From NCBI RefSeq assembly GCF_000143415.4, contig NW_003314264.1, positions 2,365,710 through 2,429,709 on the forward strand: 64,000 bases of DNA, given 5' to 3'. The position numbers and the translations under genes were made by a program. The stretch comes from Selaginella moellendorffii. Lineage: Eukaryota; Plantae; Lycopodiophyta. Shown here in pieces: positions 48,390 to 60,771 of this stretch. Position 1 is the stretch's first letter, and each line of letters starts with the position of its first letter. The notes under the pieces were generated by a model. That model was not told the origin of the DNA. It saw only the letters and a program-made list of their open reading frames with translations, and did not search any database.

Positions 48390-49540
48390 TGTAAGGAACC
48401 AACTCGCCGAGGTGTCGTAGGCTAAAGGAACCCCGAAAGAATGACCAAAATGACAAAGAGTTCATCGGATGGGACCAAGTCGAAGATCGAGTCCAAGACC
48501 GACTCTAGGACCGAGTTCGAGATAGAGTCCGGAATCGAGTCCAAGACCGACTCGGGGACCGAGTTCGAGTCCGAGTTCGAGACCGAGTTCGAGACGGAGT
48601 CCGAGATCCGAAATCGGGTCCGAGACCGAGTCCGAGGTCGAGTCCGAGGTCGGGTCCGAGATCGGGTCCGAGATCGAGTCCGAGATCGAGTCCGAGACCG
48701 AATCCGAAGTCGGATCCGAAATCGGGTCCGAGATCGAGCCAGAGACTAAGTCCAAATACTAATACGGGTCAAGGGGTGAAAGCCCAAAGCGTGCGTCTCC
48801 CGGGGGGGGGGGGGGGCTGCAGGGGGTTCCAAAAGTATAGTAGGGATAGTGAGGTCCAGGAACCAGTTTAGAAGGGACTCTCCAGTGGGGCTCCCAAACT
48901 GACTTGAGGTTGGGACTGGGACCGAGGGGCCTTGGGTGGGAGTGAGCATGGACTTGGTTGGTGCCGGAGGGGCCATCCAAGGAAGTGCTCAAGAGCAGCT
49001 CCCACTCCCGAAAGGGAAACCGATTGCCGTGCTCCCGGCTCATGTGGAGTGGTGCCCCACTTGAGTACCATGCGGCTCATTGGTCCTCGCCCTTCTTAGG
49101 GGCTTGGGCCTTCCTTCGGGATGGAAGTGGGGGGCGAGAGGTACCCATGCCGGGCTGCTAGGCCACGGTGTTTCGCCCCGGCATCCCGAAGCAAGTGTTG
49201 CACTCAAGACTTGGGATTTAGAGGGTCCTATGATCAAGTCTTGTGGTACCAAAGGATGTTAGGAACCTGGAAGCTTGGTGTGCTTGGCTGCTTGTGCTTG
49301 CGGGGAGTGTAGCCGAACCTTAAGTCCAGTCTAACCCGGGGAGGGGGATTGGGAGTGATTTGGGAATCCGTGGATGGATGGCTAACACTCCGTTGCTCGT
49401 GCAATGAGTAGCTGAGACCAAGTAGGAGCTGGTACCATAGGCGAGAACCTTGGCAAGGGAACTTAGCAAAAGCCAAGGCGGTGTTGGACGGATAGACGAG
49501 ATAAGCTGGCAAATTGGAAAGGAAAAATTTGTGGCTTACA
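48390..49540 (+). repeat. 3' LTR of element B
   Basis: Direct repeat of 44144-45294, followed by TSD CTCGA. Confidence 0.95.
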
Positions 49541-49545
49541 CTCGA

Positions 49546-52500
49546 GTCTAAGGACGAGCGCGAGGACGTGGTCGTGGCCGTGATGTTTGCTGTTGGGCGT
49601 GTGATGAAGTTGGTCATACTTATCGGCGTTGCCGTCGTTTTCCGGATTAGCGACCTCCATTTCCTGGGTGGAGACCTTGGCGTCAGGAACATCCCCTGGG
49701 TGCTGCTGCAGTGGAAGGTCTAGACACCGAGATGCATCTGGGAAACGAGGAGTCGCGCGAGTAACGAAGGGACCTTGCACGAATAAATTAGTGACCCCTC
49801 CATCTTTCTTTCGAGAGTATCATCAAGGGGTTCACTCGGCACCAGTTCATCCAGTGTTTACTTTCCAAGCTCGTTTTTATAACAAGAGGTCTTCTATTAT
49901 TCTCTCCATGTTGGTTGATATAGGTTCGAATTTATCTTCTATTGCTCGACCTGTTGCCACACGTTGTCATCTACAGTTGCGTCGTGTGGTGGAACCAGTT
50001 TTCATTCTTTATGGCAACGGCCATACACATGCATGTGCACGGGATGAGGTGGACCTGGTTGTGCGTGTGGGCGATCTCGAGCTTGAGTTGCAGTCGTTGC
50101 GGGTGGTGCCAAGTCAAGCTTTTGACCTCATTCTTGGTATGGATTGGTTGCAGCGCAATCATGCCAAGTGTGACTTTGAGGCTTCTCCCCCTTGTCTCAT
50201 ACTTCCTTATGTTTCATCCATTCCTCTCACTTCCATACCTCTTCGTCCCTCTACTTTTACCTCTGCTTCCATTACTTTTGTTCCCCCACTCTTTCCTTCT
50301 GTGTTTCCATCTTTTTCTGCTTTTCCCTTTTCCGATCCCTCCGACGATCTTTGTGTTGCAGTAGTTGACCGGCTCATGAAGGAGTATTCTGATCTCTTTG
50401 AATTTGACCTATCGTCTGGGGCCAAGATTGCCACATGTCATCCGATTCCAACCGGGGATGCTCGTCCAATCAAGGTTCCTGTTCGTCATCGGTCATCTAA
50501 GGAGATCAAGATTTTACGAGCAAACGTCAAGGAAATGCTGGAGAAGGGTGTTATTCGGAAGTCGCGGAGTCCTTGGGCATATGAACCTCATCTTGTGACG
50601 AAGCTTGATGGGAGTATTTGTTTCTGCATCGACTATCGTCTGTTAAACGAAGTGACGATCCCAGATGTGTATCCTCTTCCTCACACTGCTGATCTCTTGG
50701 ATCGTCTGGGGCGAAGTCGTTGGTTCACCAAGCTAGATCTTGCTTCTGGGTATTGGCAAGTACTGATGGCCAAAGAAGATATTCCTAAGACTACTTTTCA
50801 TACACCATTTGGTTTGTACGAGTTTTTGGTGATGCCGTTTGGTTTGAACAATGCTCCAGCAACTTTCCAACGGATGATGGATGAGGTTCTTTGCGATATG
50901 CCGGAGCTGACTGCTGACTTCATTGATGATGTCTTGATCCACTCGGAGGGGACGTGGGAGGAGCACGTTCGTGATGTTTGTAAAGTGTTGGATCGGCTAC
51001 GCGACGTTGGTTTAAAGCTGAAGCGGTCAAAATGCATGTTTGGGTCCAAGGACACAACTTATCTTGGGTACCGTATTTCTTGTGAGGGTTTGCAAGTTGA
51101 TTCTAACAAACTTGTGGCTGTTCTAAAGTTCCCTCCTCCGAAGTGTGTGAATGATGTGCAGCGCTTTTTGGGTAAGGTGCAGTATCTCAGTCGTTTTGTG
51201 GATCATCTTTCCGATGGCACTACACCATTGCGAGCGTTGCTAAAGTCATCCATGTCATCTTTCATCTGGTCTCCAGATTGTGAGCGGGCGTTCGTGGATC
51301 TCAAAGAGCTATATCCTGACTACATTCGACCTTTTAATTTGCGCGTGGATGCTTTTGACATTGGTCTTGGAGGTGTGTTGATGCAATAGAGCTCGAGTGT
51401 GCCTGGTCAGCGCCATCCCATTGCACACATAAGCCGTACATTACAACCAGCGGAGATGAACTACTCCACGACGGAGAAGGAGTGTTTAGCAGCAGTCTGG
51501 GGTTTCGAGAAACTTCATGCATATCTACATGGTTCTCAGACGTTACTTGAAGGTGACCATGCTGCTGTTACTTCATTATTGAAGCGGAAGAACCTGGTTG
51601 GTCGTACGGCTCGATGGGCTTTGAAGCTTCAGATATATGATTTCAATGTTGTTCATCGCCCAGGGAGTTCTATGGCTAATGCTGATGCCCTTTCTCGAGC
51701 TCCTGTTCCTTCTCCACTCACTTCTCATGTTTCTGACGAACCTGTTGTTCCAGCATCTGTGGATTTTCTATACGAGGATTCTGTGCCGGCGGCGGTTGCT
51801 ATCCTTGACGTTCAGTGTCCACAGGGCGTAGAGCAAGATCTACCTTCTCCTGATGAGGTTCGCGAGGCTCAAAAGATTGAGCCGTGGATTCGAAGGCTTC
51901 GAGATGGGTTTGAGAATCCTGCATCACTTGCTGATGACTTGCCTTTCCGGCATTTACATTCTCAATATCACCTTCAAGATGGCCTTCTTTATTTTGTGGG
52001 GACGGATCCTGATGATCATTTACAGCTGGTGGTGCCTTCGGTGTTTATTCCACGGTTTCTCCATGCCTACCATGATTCTCCTGTTCTAGGTGGGCATATG
52101 GGACACCGTCGTGTCACCGAGAAGCTGCACAGGTCTTTCTATTGGCCGGAGATGCGACGTGATATTATCCGGTATGTGCGTAGCTGCGTTTGGTGCCAAG
52201 CTCATAATACTCCCCCTTGTGCTGCGGAAGGATGGTTGGAGTCAATTGCAGTTTCCCGTCCGTTTGAGTTGGTGGCGTTTGATCTTATGGGACCTTTTCC
52301 ACGATCAACTGCTGGCAATGAGTATGTTATTATTGCTTCTGACTACTTGACTCGTTGGGTGGAAGTTGGTGCTCTTGCTAGCGCCTCTGCAACTGCTGTT
52401 GGATACTTCCTCCTCAATTGAGTGGTGTTCCAGCATTCTTGTCCAGAGCGGATTCTTTCGGATAATGGTCCTGCATTTATGGCTGAGGTATTTCATGTTT

Positions 52501-53204
52501 TGACATCTCGGTTGGGGATACGCCACACTTTTACGAGTGCTTATCATCCACAATCAGACGGTCTAGTGGAACGGCTCGTTCGGACATTCAAAGGGATGAT
52601 TGCAAAGTATGTGAACTTTCAGCATTCGGATTGGGATGGTTATTTGCCATCTCTTCGGTATATCTATGTCACAGGGGTGCAGAGTTTTGTTGGTGCTTCA
52701 CCATATAAACTTCTATATGGTCATGATCTAATATTACCAACAGAGCTGGGTTTACCTTCGCGATTGCCACGAGCTCTTGATGCTAGGTTATGGGATCAAT
52801 ATTTAACAAGCATTCTTCCACTTGTCCGAGCAGAGTCTACCGAACACTTAGGCCATGTACAAGTGGGACAACAACGGCACTACAACTCCCATCATTGTCC
52901 ACCTGCAGAGTACAAAGTGGATGATTTGGTGTTAGTCCATTTTCCTCATCTTACGGTACGTGGTTTATCTAAGGGGCTCCTTGCGCAGTGGAAAGGACCG
53001 TATTGGGTGTTGCGGCAAGTTGGACCGCAAGTTTATGAGGTTTGGCATGACGTTCAGCAGGTCGATCCTCCAGAGATTGTGCATGTGCAGCGGTTAAAAC
53101 GCTTCATACAACGGGATCAGGAGCAGTTAATACCATCTACAGATCCGCCGATGCCTCCTCCTGACGTTCCTCCAGATCCCGGCCCATCTACAAGAGAACC
53201 CTGA
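49546..53204 (+). pseudogene. gag 3' end and pol (PR-RT-RH-INT) of element A
   Basis: PR 'MLVDIGSN'/'FDLILGMDWL'; RT 'FCIDYR', 'MPFGLNNAPATFQR', 'FIDD'; RH 'NYSTTEKECLA', 'ADALSR'; INT 'H..GGHMG..C..C', 'SDNGPAF', 'YHPQSDGLVER', 'WKGPY'. Confidence 0.92.
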
Positions 53205-53236
53205 CAGCCTTCCATTATTCCGAGAGGACGGGATGA

Positions 53237-53411
53237 TGTGAGGGCCAAGTGTATGGTTACAATACCGTATACTAATATTAGCATAGTGGGATTTTTGTAG
53301 CCGTTGGATTGGTTTCAATCTGGACCACTCGTTCCTGTATATAAGCTAGGGTTTTTGGGCTAATTAATATGCACATTTCTGTATTCCCTTTCCATATTCC
53401 ATGCACTCACA
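53237..53411 (+). repeat. 3' LTR of element A
   Basis: Direct repeat of 43022-43196, preceded by purine-rich 'gagaggacgggatga'. Confidence 0.95.
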
Positions 53412-54671
53412 CCTATAAATTATTTTTAATTGTGTTATAAGTTTGTATACTTCACATTATAGAACTAAACTTCACTACTCAAATACGTATTCTAAAATTA
53501 TATCAAGGATTAAAATATTAGTGATTTTTAATAATAAAAAAGAAAAAAAATATTTTATTTTTTATAAATAAATTAAGAAATATTTCACACTTTTTCTACA
53601 CACTCTTGTAATAGCAAATATTTCACACTTTTATCTTTTGTATTTTAGCTAATTGAATAAGTCATTGACATCACACAACCAAATTTAAAAAATTGAGAAA
53701 GTGTAATAATTAATATGATTTTATTTTAGGTTATGAGAGTAACTTTAAAAGTTTTAAATACTATTTTTATAAGGATTTTTTACACACTCTTGACGAAAGT
53801 TTCTACACTTAAGAAAATGGGATAAAAGAAACAATGTTACTAGAAAAAATACAATCTTTCAAAATTCCAAGTAGATTACAGTAATGTACTTTTTATCTTT
53901 AAACTTTATAGTTTTAATAAGTTTAAACATCCTTAATTTATATTTAGTGCATGGTAATATTACTCAAAAGTATTAAAAAAATTCAGATGTAATATATCTT
54001 CTTTATAATCTCAAAGAGTTAATACAGAATACGTTTTAATTTTATTCTTCAACATTACATTCCATCTAGCTAAATTATCTTTAATATCCTAAAAAAGAAA
54101 AGGTTTTGATGATCTAATACCCCTTTTGCTAAAGGCTTTTCTTTATTTGGATGCCTTTTGTGCTAAATACAACTGCTGAAAATTTTGATTTTGTGATAAT
54201 ACATCAACAAATGAAACAATTGCATAATGCTGCAAGGAATTTGCTCAAGCTTTAGCATACTATCCTCAAGATTTTGAAGACTGAAGACTAGAGGGACCAA
54301 GAGTGACAAGCAAATCAACTTGTATCACTTACATTGTGGTTTAATGCCTCCAAGTTGCCAAATGACCTTGAAAGCATGTAATAATTGAAGATTAATTCAA
54401 GAATCTACAAGATTGGTTACAAGAGTGAAAGGAATCAAAACCAATGGTCATATTATCCCCAAGATCTCAGAAGACCATCACAAAGATGTTGAAGATTGCT
54501 GAAGTACATCTGGTTGGCTACTTGCACTTAATATATAGAGATCCACTTGCATGGGATCTGGCATTGGTTGATCCTTAGGACACTGCATCGTGAAAGCGTA
54601 AAAAGCAAAAGAGGAAATGCAAAACGAATAATATATTATCGAAGTGACAATCATAACTGGGAATCTAAAAC

Positions 54672-56116
54672 TCATGTGTTAAACTTGTGGCGGTCGTGTG
54701 GAGTGGAGTAGTCGATGACGCTTCCAACAGGGATGACGCCATACGGATTGATGGAGGGATGACTTCCATAGTAGTGCTTTTTGATGTGGTCCATGCGGAC
54801 GGTGTCCGAGATCCCATCCATCTGGTACACGTCCTTGACGAAGTTGAAGAGGTTTGGGTACTCACGGATCAGCTTCTTGTTGCACTTGAAATGAACAACA
54901 TAAACCTGGCATAGGTAATGAATTTGAATAAAACTTCGAGAGAAAGCAAGAAAAAAAAACACCCCAGAGCTTACTTCGTCGAATCTTATGAGCGTCTTGA
55001 AGAGCCGGAGATCTGCCTCGGTGAAAACGTTTCCGCACAGATACCTCTGCTTTGAGAGGATATCCTCGCAGCGATCCAGCGCATTGAACAGAGCCTCAAA
55101 CGCCTGCGACAAGTAAAAGAACTTGGATTCATGGCTTCCGAACGAAGAAAAACTAAAGAAGAAAAGTTCTGAAGAGTTACCTCCTCATAAGGCTTCTGCT
55201 TGGTTGCAAAGCCACAGCGATAAACTCCGTTGTTGATGGAGTCATACACCCAAGCGTTCACTTCATCAATCTTGGCCTGGAGATCTCTCGGGTAAAGGTC
55301 GAAGTCGGGACGCTTTGCAAGATGGTTGAACTTGCTGTTGAGCATGCGAATGATATCAGAGCTCTCATTGTTCACGATAGTTTTCTTTGCTTTGTCCCAA
55401 AGAACCTGTTTACATCAGGCAATCAAGCTCTGAAAACCTTGAAAGGAAAGAAAGAAACGAAGAAAGAAAGGTAGCGAGTACTCACGGGAACAGTGTACTT
55501 TCCAGTGTAGTTTGGATTGGCGATGTCGTAGAGCTCACGGACAGTCTTGGCATTGTTTATGGGGTCAGGCTGAGCACCAGGTTCTTCGTTGTCCGAGGAA
55601 GGAAACGTCCATCCAAAGTGACTCTCGCCTTCTTTGGTTCTCTCCCACTTTGGTTTCGTGGACTACACGTTACGAGAGAAAGGTGTGAAGATCATCCTCA
55701 AGAAAACAAAAGAAGAAGCTTCTAGCACTTAGAATTGTCCAAAGCAACAAGAATACACACCAACCATATGAAGCACAAGAATCGAAGAAACCAACACTCT
55801 GATGTCACAAACAAACACAGGAAATCGAAGAAAACGCTAGCTTCATGCAAGCGCGAGAAAGCTTCTAACTTCCAAAAGAAAGATGGAAATTTCTTGGACA
55901 TACCGTGACGCCAATAGCATGGTCTAAGCCCTTGAGCTTGAGCGTAGCGAAGCACCGGGAAGCCCAGGGACACGCATACGAGATGTAGAGATGGTACCTA
56001 TCGGCCACGGCCGGAATATCACACCCTTCTTTGCTAGAAATCCAGCTGCGAAACGATGACTCGGTGCGCTTGAATTCCCCATCTGTCGATGTCTCATCGA
56101 TCGCCGTCTTTCCCAT
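54672..56116 (-). CDS. Glutathionyl-hydroquinone reductase (Xi-class GST, ECM4/YqjG family), multi-exon; possible longer start at 56353
   Basis: 'GEFKRTESSFR', active site 'YISYACPWASR', 'TVPVLWDK', 'NNESSDIIRM', 'NNGVYRCGFA', 'IRFDEVY', 'HYYGSHPSINPYGVIP'. Confidence 0.93.
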
Positions 56117-56270
56117 CGCTCGTCCAGCTCCAAATCGCCTCTTCTGGATCCGAGCGGCAAATCGCAGTGATCCTCTGGCGATCCCGACGGAGAGAGCCGC
56201 CAGATTGACTTCCTGTTGCCCGCCAGATTGACTTCGATTTGGATTACTTTGGGCTCTGTTTTTCAGGGTT

Positions 56271-58045
56271 ATGATGCTGGGAGCTGCCCGGCGATGGCGA
56301 TGGCGTCTCCCGGCGTGGAATCTGGGAAGCAGGAGCTTGTATTCCACGCTCATGGGTATGTTCTTGCGAAATGTAGGTGGATTGGAGACATGGATTTTCT
56401 ATCTCCAGACAAGCATGCGCCCATTCCCGACGATATTTTGCGAATTTTGGAGAAGAGAATGAGCTCTATTGAAGACCGCCATGCTTGTCTTTCCAAAGCG
56501 CTTCTAGAGGTAAATTGTAGATTCGGATTTCGTCCTTGAAAATACGATCGTGAATGATTTCAGCCTGGGATTGCGTCAGAAAAGCTCATCAAGATGAACA
56601 AGGAGCTTCGCAATCTGGATTACTCCGTGGATATGATCAAGGCGCTGAGAGCCAAAGAAAAGGTTTGACGTCTAAAGTTTGGAAAAAAGAGACTCTTTGG
56701 TTGAATGCAGGAAGTAATTGGCTTGAAAGAATTGGTAAAAGAGTCCGTTGAAGACGAAGAAATGCGTAGGCTGGCCTCTGGAGAACTTCAAACGGCCACC
56801 AGAGAAGTGAGAGATGCCCAGCACGACGTTCTCCTGGAGCTTATACCTAAAGATGAAGCTGATAGCAGAGGTTGTATTCTCGAAGTCAGAGCAGGCAAGT
56901 GCAACCCATAAGCTTGATGTTTGATATGTTTTATCTAATTTTTAGGAGCTGGAGGTGACGAAGCGTCAATTTTTGCGTCTGATCTCTTCAAGATGTAGGC
57001 ACGTCTTTCTGGTTCATTCCGAATGCTTATTAGATTTCTATGAATGCTCTCAGGTATGACAAATATGCTGCAAACAACTCATGGAGGTTTGAAGTTCTGA
57101 GCATTACTACCACCGACACCCGAGGTTACAAGGTAACTATCCGGTTCTCCACGGGCGTATCTAAGCTTGTCTTTATAGGAGGCTAGTGCTGCAATATCTG
57201 GAGATGGTGTTTATGGAGCTCTGAAGTTCGAAAGTGGCGTTCATCGCGTCCAGGTACGAAAGTAATTACCGTGGTTTCATTTTTTTATATGCATCCGTGT
57301 GCAGCGTGTTCCTGTCACTGAGAAGGCTGGGCGTATACACACAAGTACTGCGTCAGTCGCTATTCTTCCCGAAGCGAATGAGGTTCACTCCAGGTTTACT
57401 AAACCTTTGCACTTGCATAGACCATTGATACATGTTTCTTTTTCTCGTTTTTCTGTTGCTGAAGTTTGACTCTGCTGACAGATTGATGTCGAGATCCGTA
57501 ATGACGAGATAAAGATAGACACTTACCGAGCTGGTGGAGCTGGTGGACAGCATGTAAATACTACCTGCAGCGCAGTCCGAGTTACCCACACTCCAACAGG
57601 TATCGTGGTCGCAATCCAAGACGAACGCTCTCAACACAAGGTAGGCCCTTCAACACGCGTGCTTTGCTACAACTGAGCTGAGATTGTATAGAACAAAGCA
57701 AAAGCTTTGAGTATTTTATATGCTAGGCTGTACGAGCTCGAGCGGTCCCGAGCAGTGGCAAGTCGGTCTGAATTACGACAAGATCAGGTAATTCAGTTTA
57801 TTGTCGCAGAACGTTATTTTTTCTACTTTTATAAATTGTCACTCCAGATTGGCTCAAGCGACAGATCGGAGCGCATAAGAACGTATAACTTTCCCCAAGG
57901 TCGGGTAACTGATCATCGAGTGGGAGTGACGCAACACGCGATTGAGCAAATTATGGAGGGGATTGGTCTGGAAATTTTTGTGAATGCGCTCAAGATGCAG
58001 CACGAAGCGAGCGCTTTGGCGTCGCTCAAAGCTGCAGCAGCTTGA
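56271..58045 (+). CDS. prfA: Organellar (probably mitochondrial) peptide chain release factor 1, multi-exon
   Basis: Arg/Trp-rich presequence; 'LEVRAGAGGDEA', '[17 protein letters not shown]' (PxT motif of RF1), '[10 protein letters not shown]', '[19 protein letters not shown]'. Confidence 0.93.
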
Positions 58046-58356
58046 CTGCCCATAAGTTTCACTGTTTTTTTTTCTTCCTATGTTTTTTTTACCGTGTCAG
58101 ATGTTGACAATTGGATTCCGCATTTGTTTGAACGTCAGGTGAGTGTTCTATTATAAATGGCAACAGCACTGACTTGTTTCCATGCACAGGACCGTCATCG
58201 GATCAATGTGCGTGGACGGCACGAAGCTGATCATGTAGGCCTCTTTCGTGCGACGATGTGAGCTAAAAAATGGAGTGGGGGAAGTCAGAGGTGCCAGGCC
58301 ACCTACTTAAACGTTTCTCCTGAAAGAATCAACATCTTGGTCAGTAGCAGAGGAGG

Positions 58357-59075
58357 ATGGTTCATGAAATGACGGCTGCCGATGGGACGCTACGGGTGGT
58401 TTCTTTTCCTTGGTGCATTAAGTTCCGGAGCGTTTGCAAGAATCTCTTGAAGCGGATGAAACTCATCGGTAGAAGGTCGTCAACTCGTGGGGTGCTGGTG
58501 AAGAGCAGCAGCAACAAGCACAGGATCAGTTGGACAGCGAGCTTTGCATACAGGCAGCAGCAGAAGCAAAAGCTCAAGAAGTCGGGAAGCAGTTTATGGT
58601 CGTTTACAGCAAACTCAAGAACAGTGATAGCTGCACGGAAGCTTTAGATCGCCAGGAAGTCATCCACCGCAACTTAGAGGATTCTCAGGCTTCGTCCAGC
58701 AGCTTCTCGTTCAAGAATGATGCGGAGGACCTTGGGCATGGCAAAGGCAAGAAGATTTTGTCACCGCATCCTGGCGTGCAGCGCAGTGAGGCTATGAAGC
58801 TCAAATCGAGGTGGGACGAAGTGGTGGAGATGGTTGTAGCGGACAGCTTTGATGATTTGGTGGACTTGGAGGAATTTCTGGGCTACTATATGCTGCTCAA
58901 TTGCCCCGTCTTTCGAGCCATGGTGCAGAGGTTTTTTAGCGAGTTTTGTGTGGAGTTTTGCGAGGACGAGGAGCTTCTAGCTGTCAGTCTGTTCATCCCA
59001 GAAATGCAGGATTTTCCCTCTTTTGGGAATTCTTCTGAAAGGGAATTAGAATGCTTGCCGCCATCGCCTTGCTAG
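58357..59075 (+). pseudogene. OVATE-like gene split by an apparent frameshift near 58600
   Basis: C-terminal frame has 'EVVEMVVADSFDDLVDLEEFLGYYMLLNCPVFRAMVQRFFSEF' (OVATE-like); the basic N-terminal part starting at ATG 58357 lies in another frame. Confidence 0.6.
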
Positions 59076-59760
59076 TTTAAAGGAATAACGTTTCTAGGAA
59101 AGACGAAAACATCGTTAGTAAAGCATATTTTCACCATAATGAAAATAAAAATGCACTCCATGACTTTTACTTTACATTTGAAAAGTTTCTAAAATATTAA
59201 AGAGTCTTACCTCCATAAAGGTTTGAATAAACAATAGATTAGTTTTGGTTTAAACCAGACGAAAAGGTCGCCTCTTGCTACTCACAAGAAAAAAGTACCA
59301 GTCACTGAAAGTTTCACCTCTCCTCATCTCTCAGGAATCCACCTCTTTTGGTTTAAGCTTAATTTCGCCACAACCAGCTTGCTCTTGCTGCTCCGCCCAG
59401 CACGAGTTTGTGCTAGCCCGCACGACAAAAACAAAATAGATTTTGCCCTTGTTGTAAACTCTGTATGGATCAGCAGGAAATCTGATCCAGACGATAATCT
59501 TGTTGTGGGCTCGTGACATGGATTAAGTGGTCTAAAGTCTCTTCCGTACTAAAGCCTTAAAAAGCTTTTCACAGAAGTTTAAGTAAAACAGGATGCCTCA
59601 TGGATTGTGCATTGCCATGAGGGCTTGCGCAGATTTTACTCATAAAATATACTTTACATTCCAACAAATATTCTATACCGTATCAGAATATTTGTTTGAA
59701 TGTATAGTATATTTTCATCGCCCTTAACAGCATACCTAGATTATTTGGTAGTCAGCAAGA

Positions 59761-60771
59761 ATGAGAGACGTGTTGGTCAAGGACATCCATCATCTCCAAG
59801 ACTATCCAGTCTTTGGTTCACAGACATCGGCTTTTGTTACGTTTGGGAGCGTGGGGGAGCTCATGGCCTTCTTGCGACAGCAGCACCCGCTCTGCCCACA
59901 CGGCTGCGATAGCTCGGCACTCACCAAGTTTGACTATTTCGAAAACCACATGCTGATCCAGCCGCGCTACAAGTGCACGGTGTGCAAACGGCACTTCACC
60001 CTGGGTGGCACAATACGAGCGAAACGAGCCAAGAAAGAAGATGGCGGTCGTCCAAGGAAGAGACCCAAGAAGGAGCAGCAGCAGAACAAGTCAAGGGGGC
60101 AGTGTCTTCCTCGCGAGATGTTGCCTTCGTCGATGATTCCATCGGCCGCAACCAGTGGGAGTCGCGGTTGTGCATCCCCGCGCAGGGCAAGTCGCGGAGC
60201 TTCGAGGAGAACGGCGAGGCCATCACCAAGCACTACAGGTCAATGCCCTAGTCAACTCGTGGTCCGGGATCAGTCGTTGCCAGTCAACGCCTGTGACCTC
60301 GAGGGATACGTGCAAGACGAGGAGATCTTCCAGGAGGTTGAGAAATTGTGGTGTAAAATGGATTTGGAGGACAAGGGTCCTTCCGTGGAGGACGAGGAGA
60401 AGAACTTTCTCAGGGATTTCAATGTCGATGATGGTGATGATCTAGATTTACTACTGGGTCTTGAGGAGTTCAGCCGGGAGTTCAGCAACCCACAGGGCCA
60501 GGGCACCCGATTCGATTTGGGCGAGGAGCAAAACAATTTTGCCATGGAGCTGGTGCGGCAAATGGAGGAAGAATTTCCCATCCCAGCACTAGACGAGGAG
60601 AATGATTTCGCCATGGAGTTGGAGCGGGAAATTGAGGAAGCATCTATGACAGCAAAGAAACAAGCAATGCTTGTATGGAAGGACGAAGTGCGTAAAATTA
60701 GAAATCAAGACAATCTCACATTCACCACAAATCACATTGGTTTTGGAGGTCCCCAAACTCTTAAATGCTGA
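59761..60771 (+). CDS. Intronless protein with a divergent Dof-type C2C2 zinc finger and acidic C-terminal region
   Basis: 'CPHGCDSSALTKFDYFENHMLIQPRYKCTVCKRHFTLGGTIR' aligns to Dof consensus CPRCxSxxTKFCYYNNYxxxQPRxFCxxCxRYWTxGGxLR; NLS-like 'RPRKRPKK'; D/E-rich tail. Confidence 0.78.
   Translation: MRDVLVKDIHHLQDYPVFGSQTSAFVTFGSVGELMAFLRQQHPLCPHGCDSSALTKFDYFENHMLIQPRYKCTVCKRHFTLGGTIRAKRAKKEDGGRPRKRPKKEQQQNKSRGQCLPREMLPSSMIPSAATSGSRGCASPRRASRGASRRTARPSPSTTGQCPSQLVVRDQSLPVNACDLEGYVQDEEIFQEVEKLWCKMDLEDKGPSVEDEEKNFLRDFNVDDGDDLDLLLGLEEFSREFSNPQGQGTRFDLGEEQNNFAMELVRQMEEEFPIPALDEENDFAMELEREIEEASMTAKKQAMLVWKDEVRKIRNQDNLTFTTNHIGFGGPQTLKC

Larger units (their letters stand above)
44144..49540 (+). 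mobile_element. Ty3/Gypsy LTR retrotransposon B (inner, younger), lacking RNase H and integrase
   Basis: 1151-bp TGTAAG...CTTACA LTRs at 44144-45294 and 48390-49540; 5-bp TSD CTCGA (44139-44143 / 49541-49545); tRNA-iMet-type PBS 'tggtatcggagc' at 45298; purine-rich tract before 48390. Confidence 0.96.
43022..53411 (+). mobile_element. Ty3/Gypsy LTR retrotransposon A (outer; no chromodomain seen), decayed, interrupted by element B
   Basis: 175-bp TG...CA LTRs at 43022-43196 and 53237-53411; flanking direct repeat CCTA (43018-43021 / 53412-53415); gag from 43431; CCHC 'CWACDEVGHTYRRC' after 49545; order PR-RT(FIDD)-RH-INT(HHCC, DDE, WKGPY); in-frame stops at 51387 and 52419. Confidence 0.95.

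Noticed and set aside
53412-54470. AT-rich stretch after element A as a separate element
   Set aside because: Continuous with the AT-rich 42870-43021 pre-insertion site; no terminal repeats or coding motifs identified.
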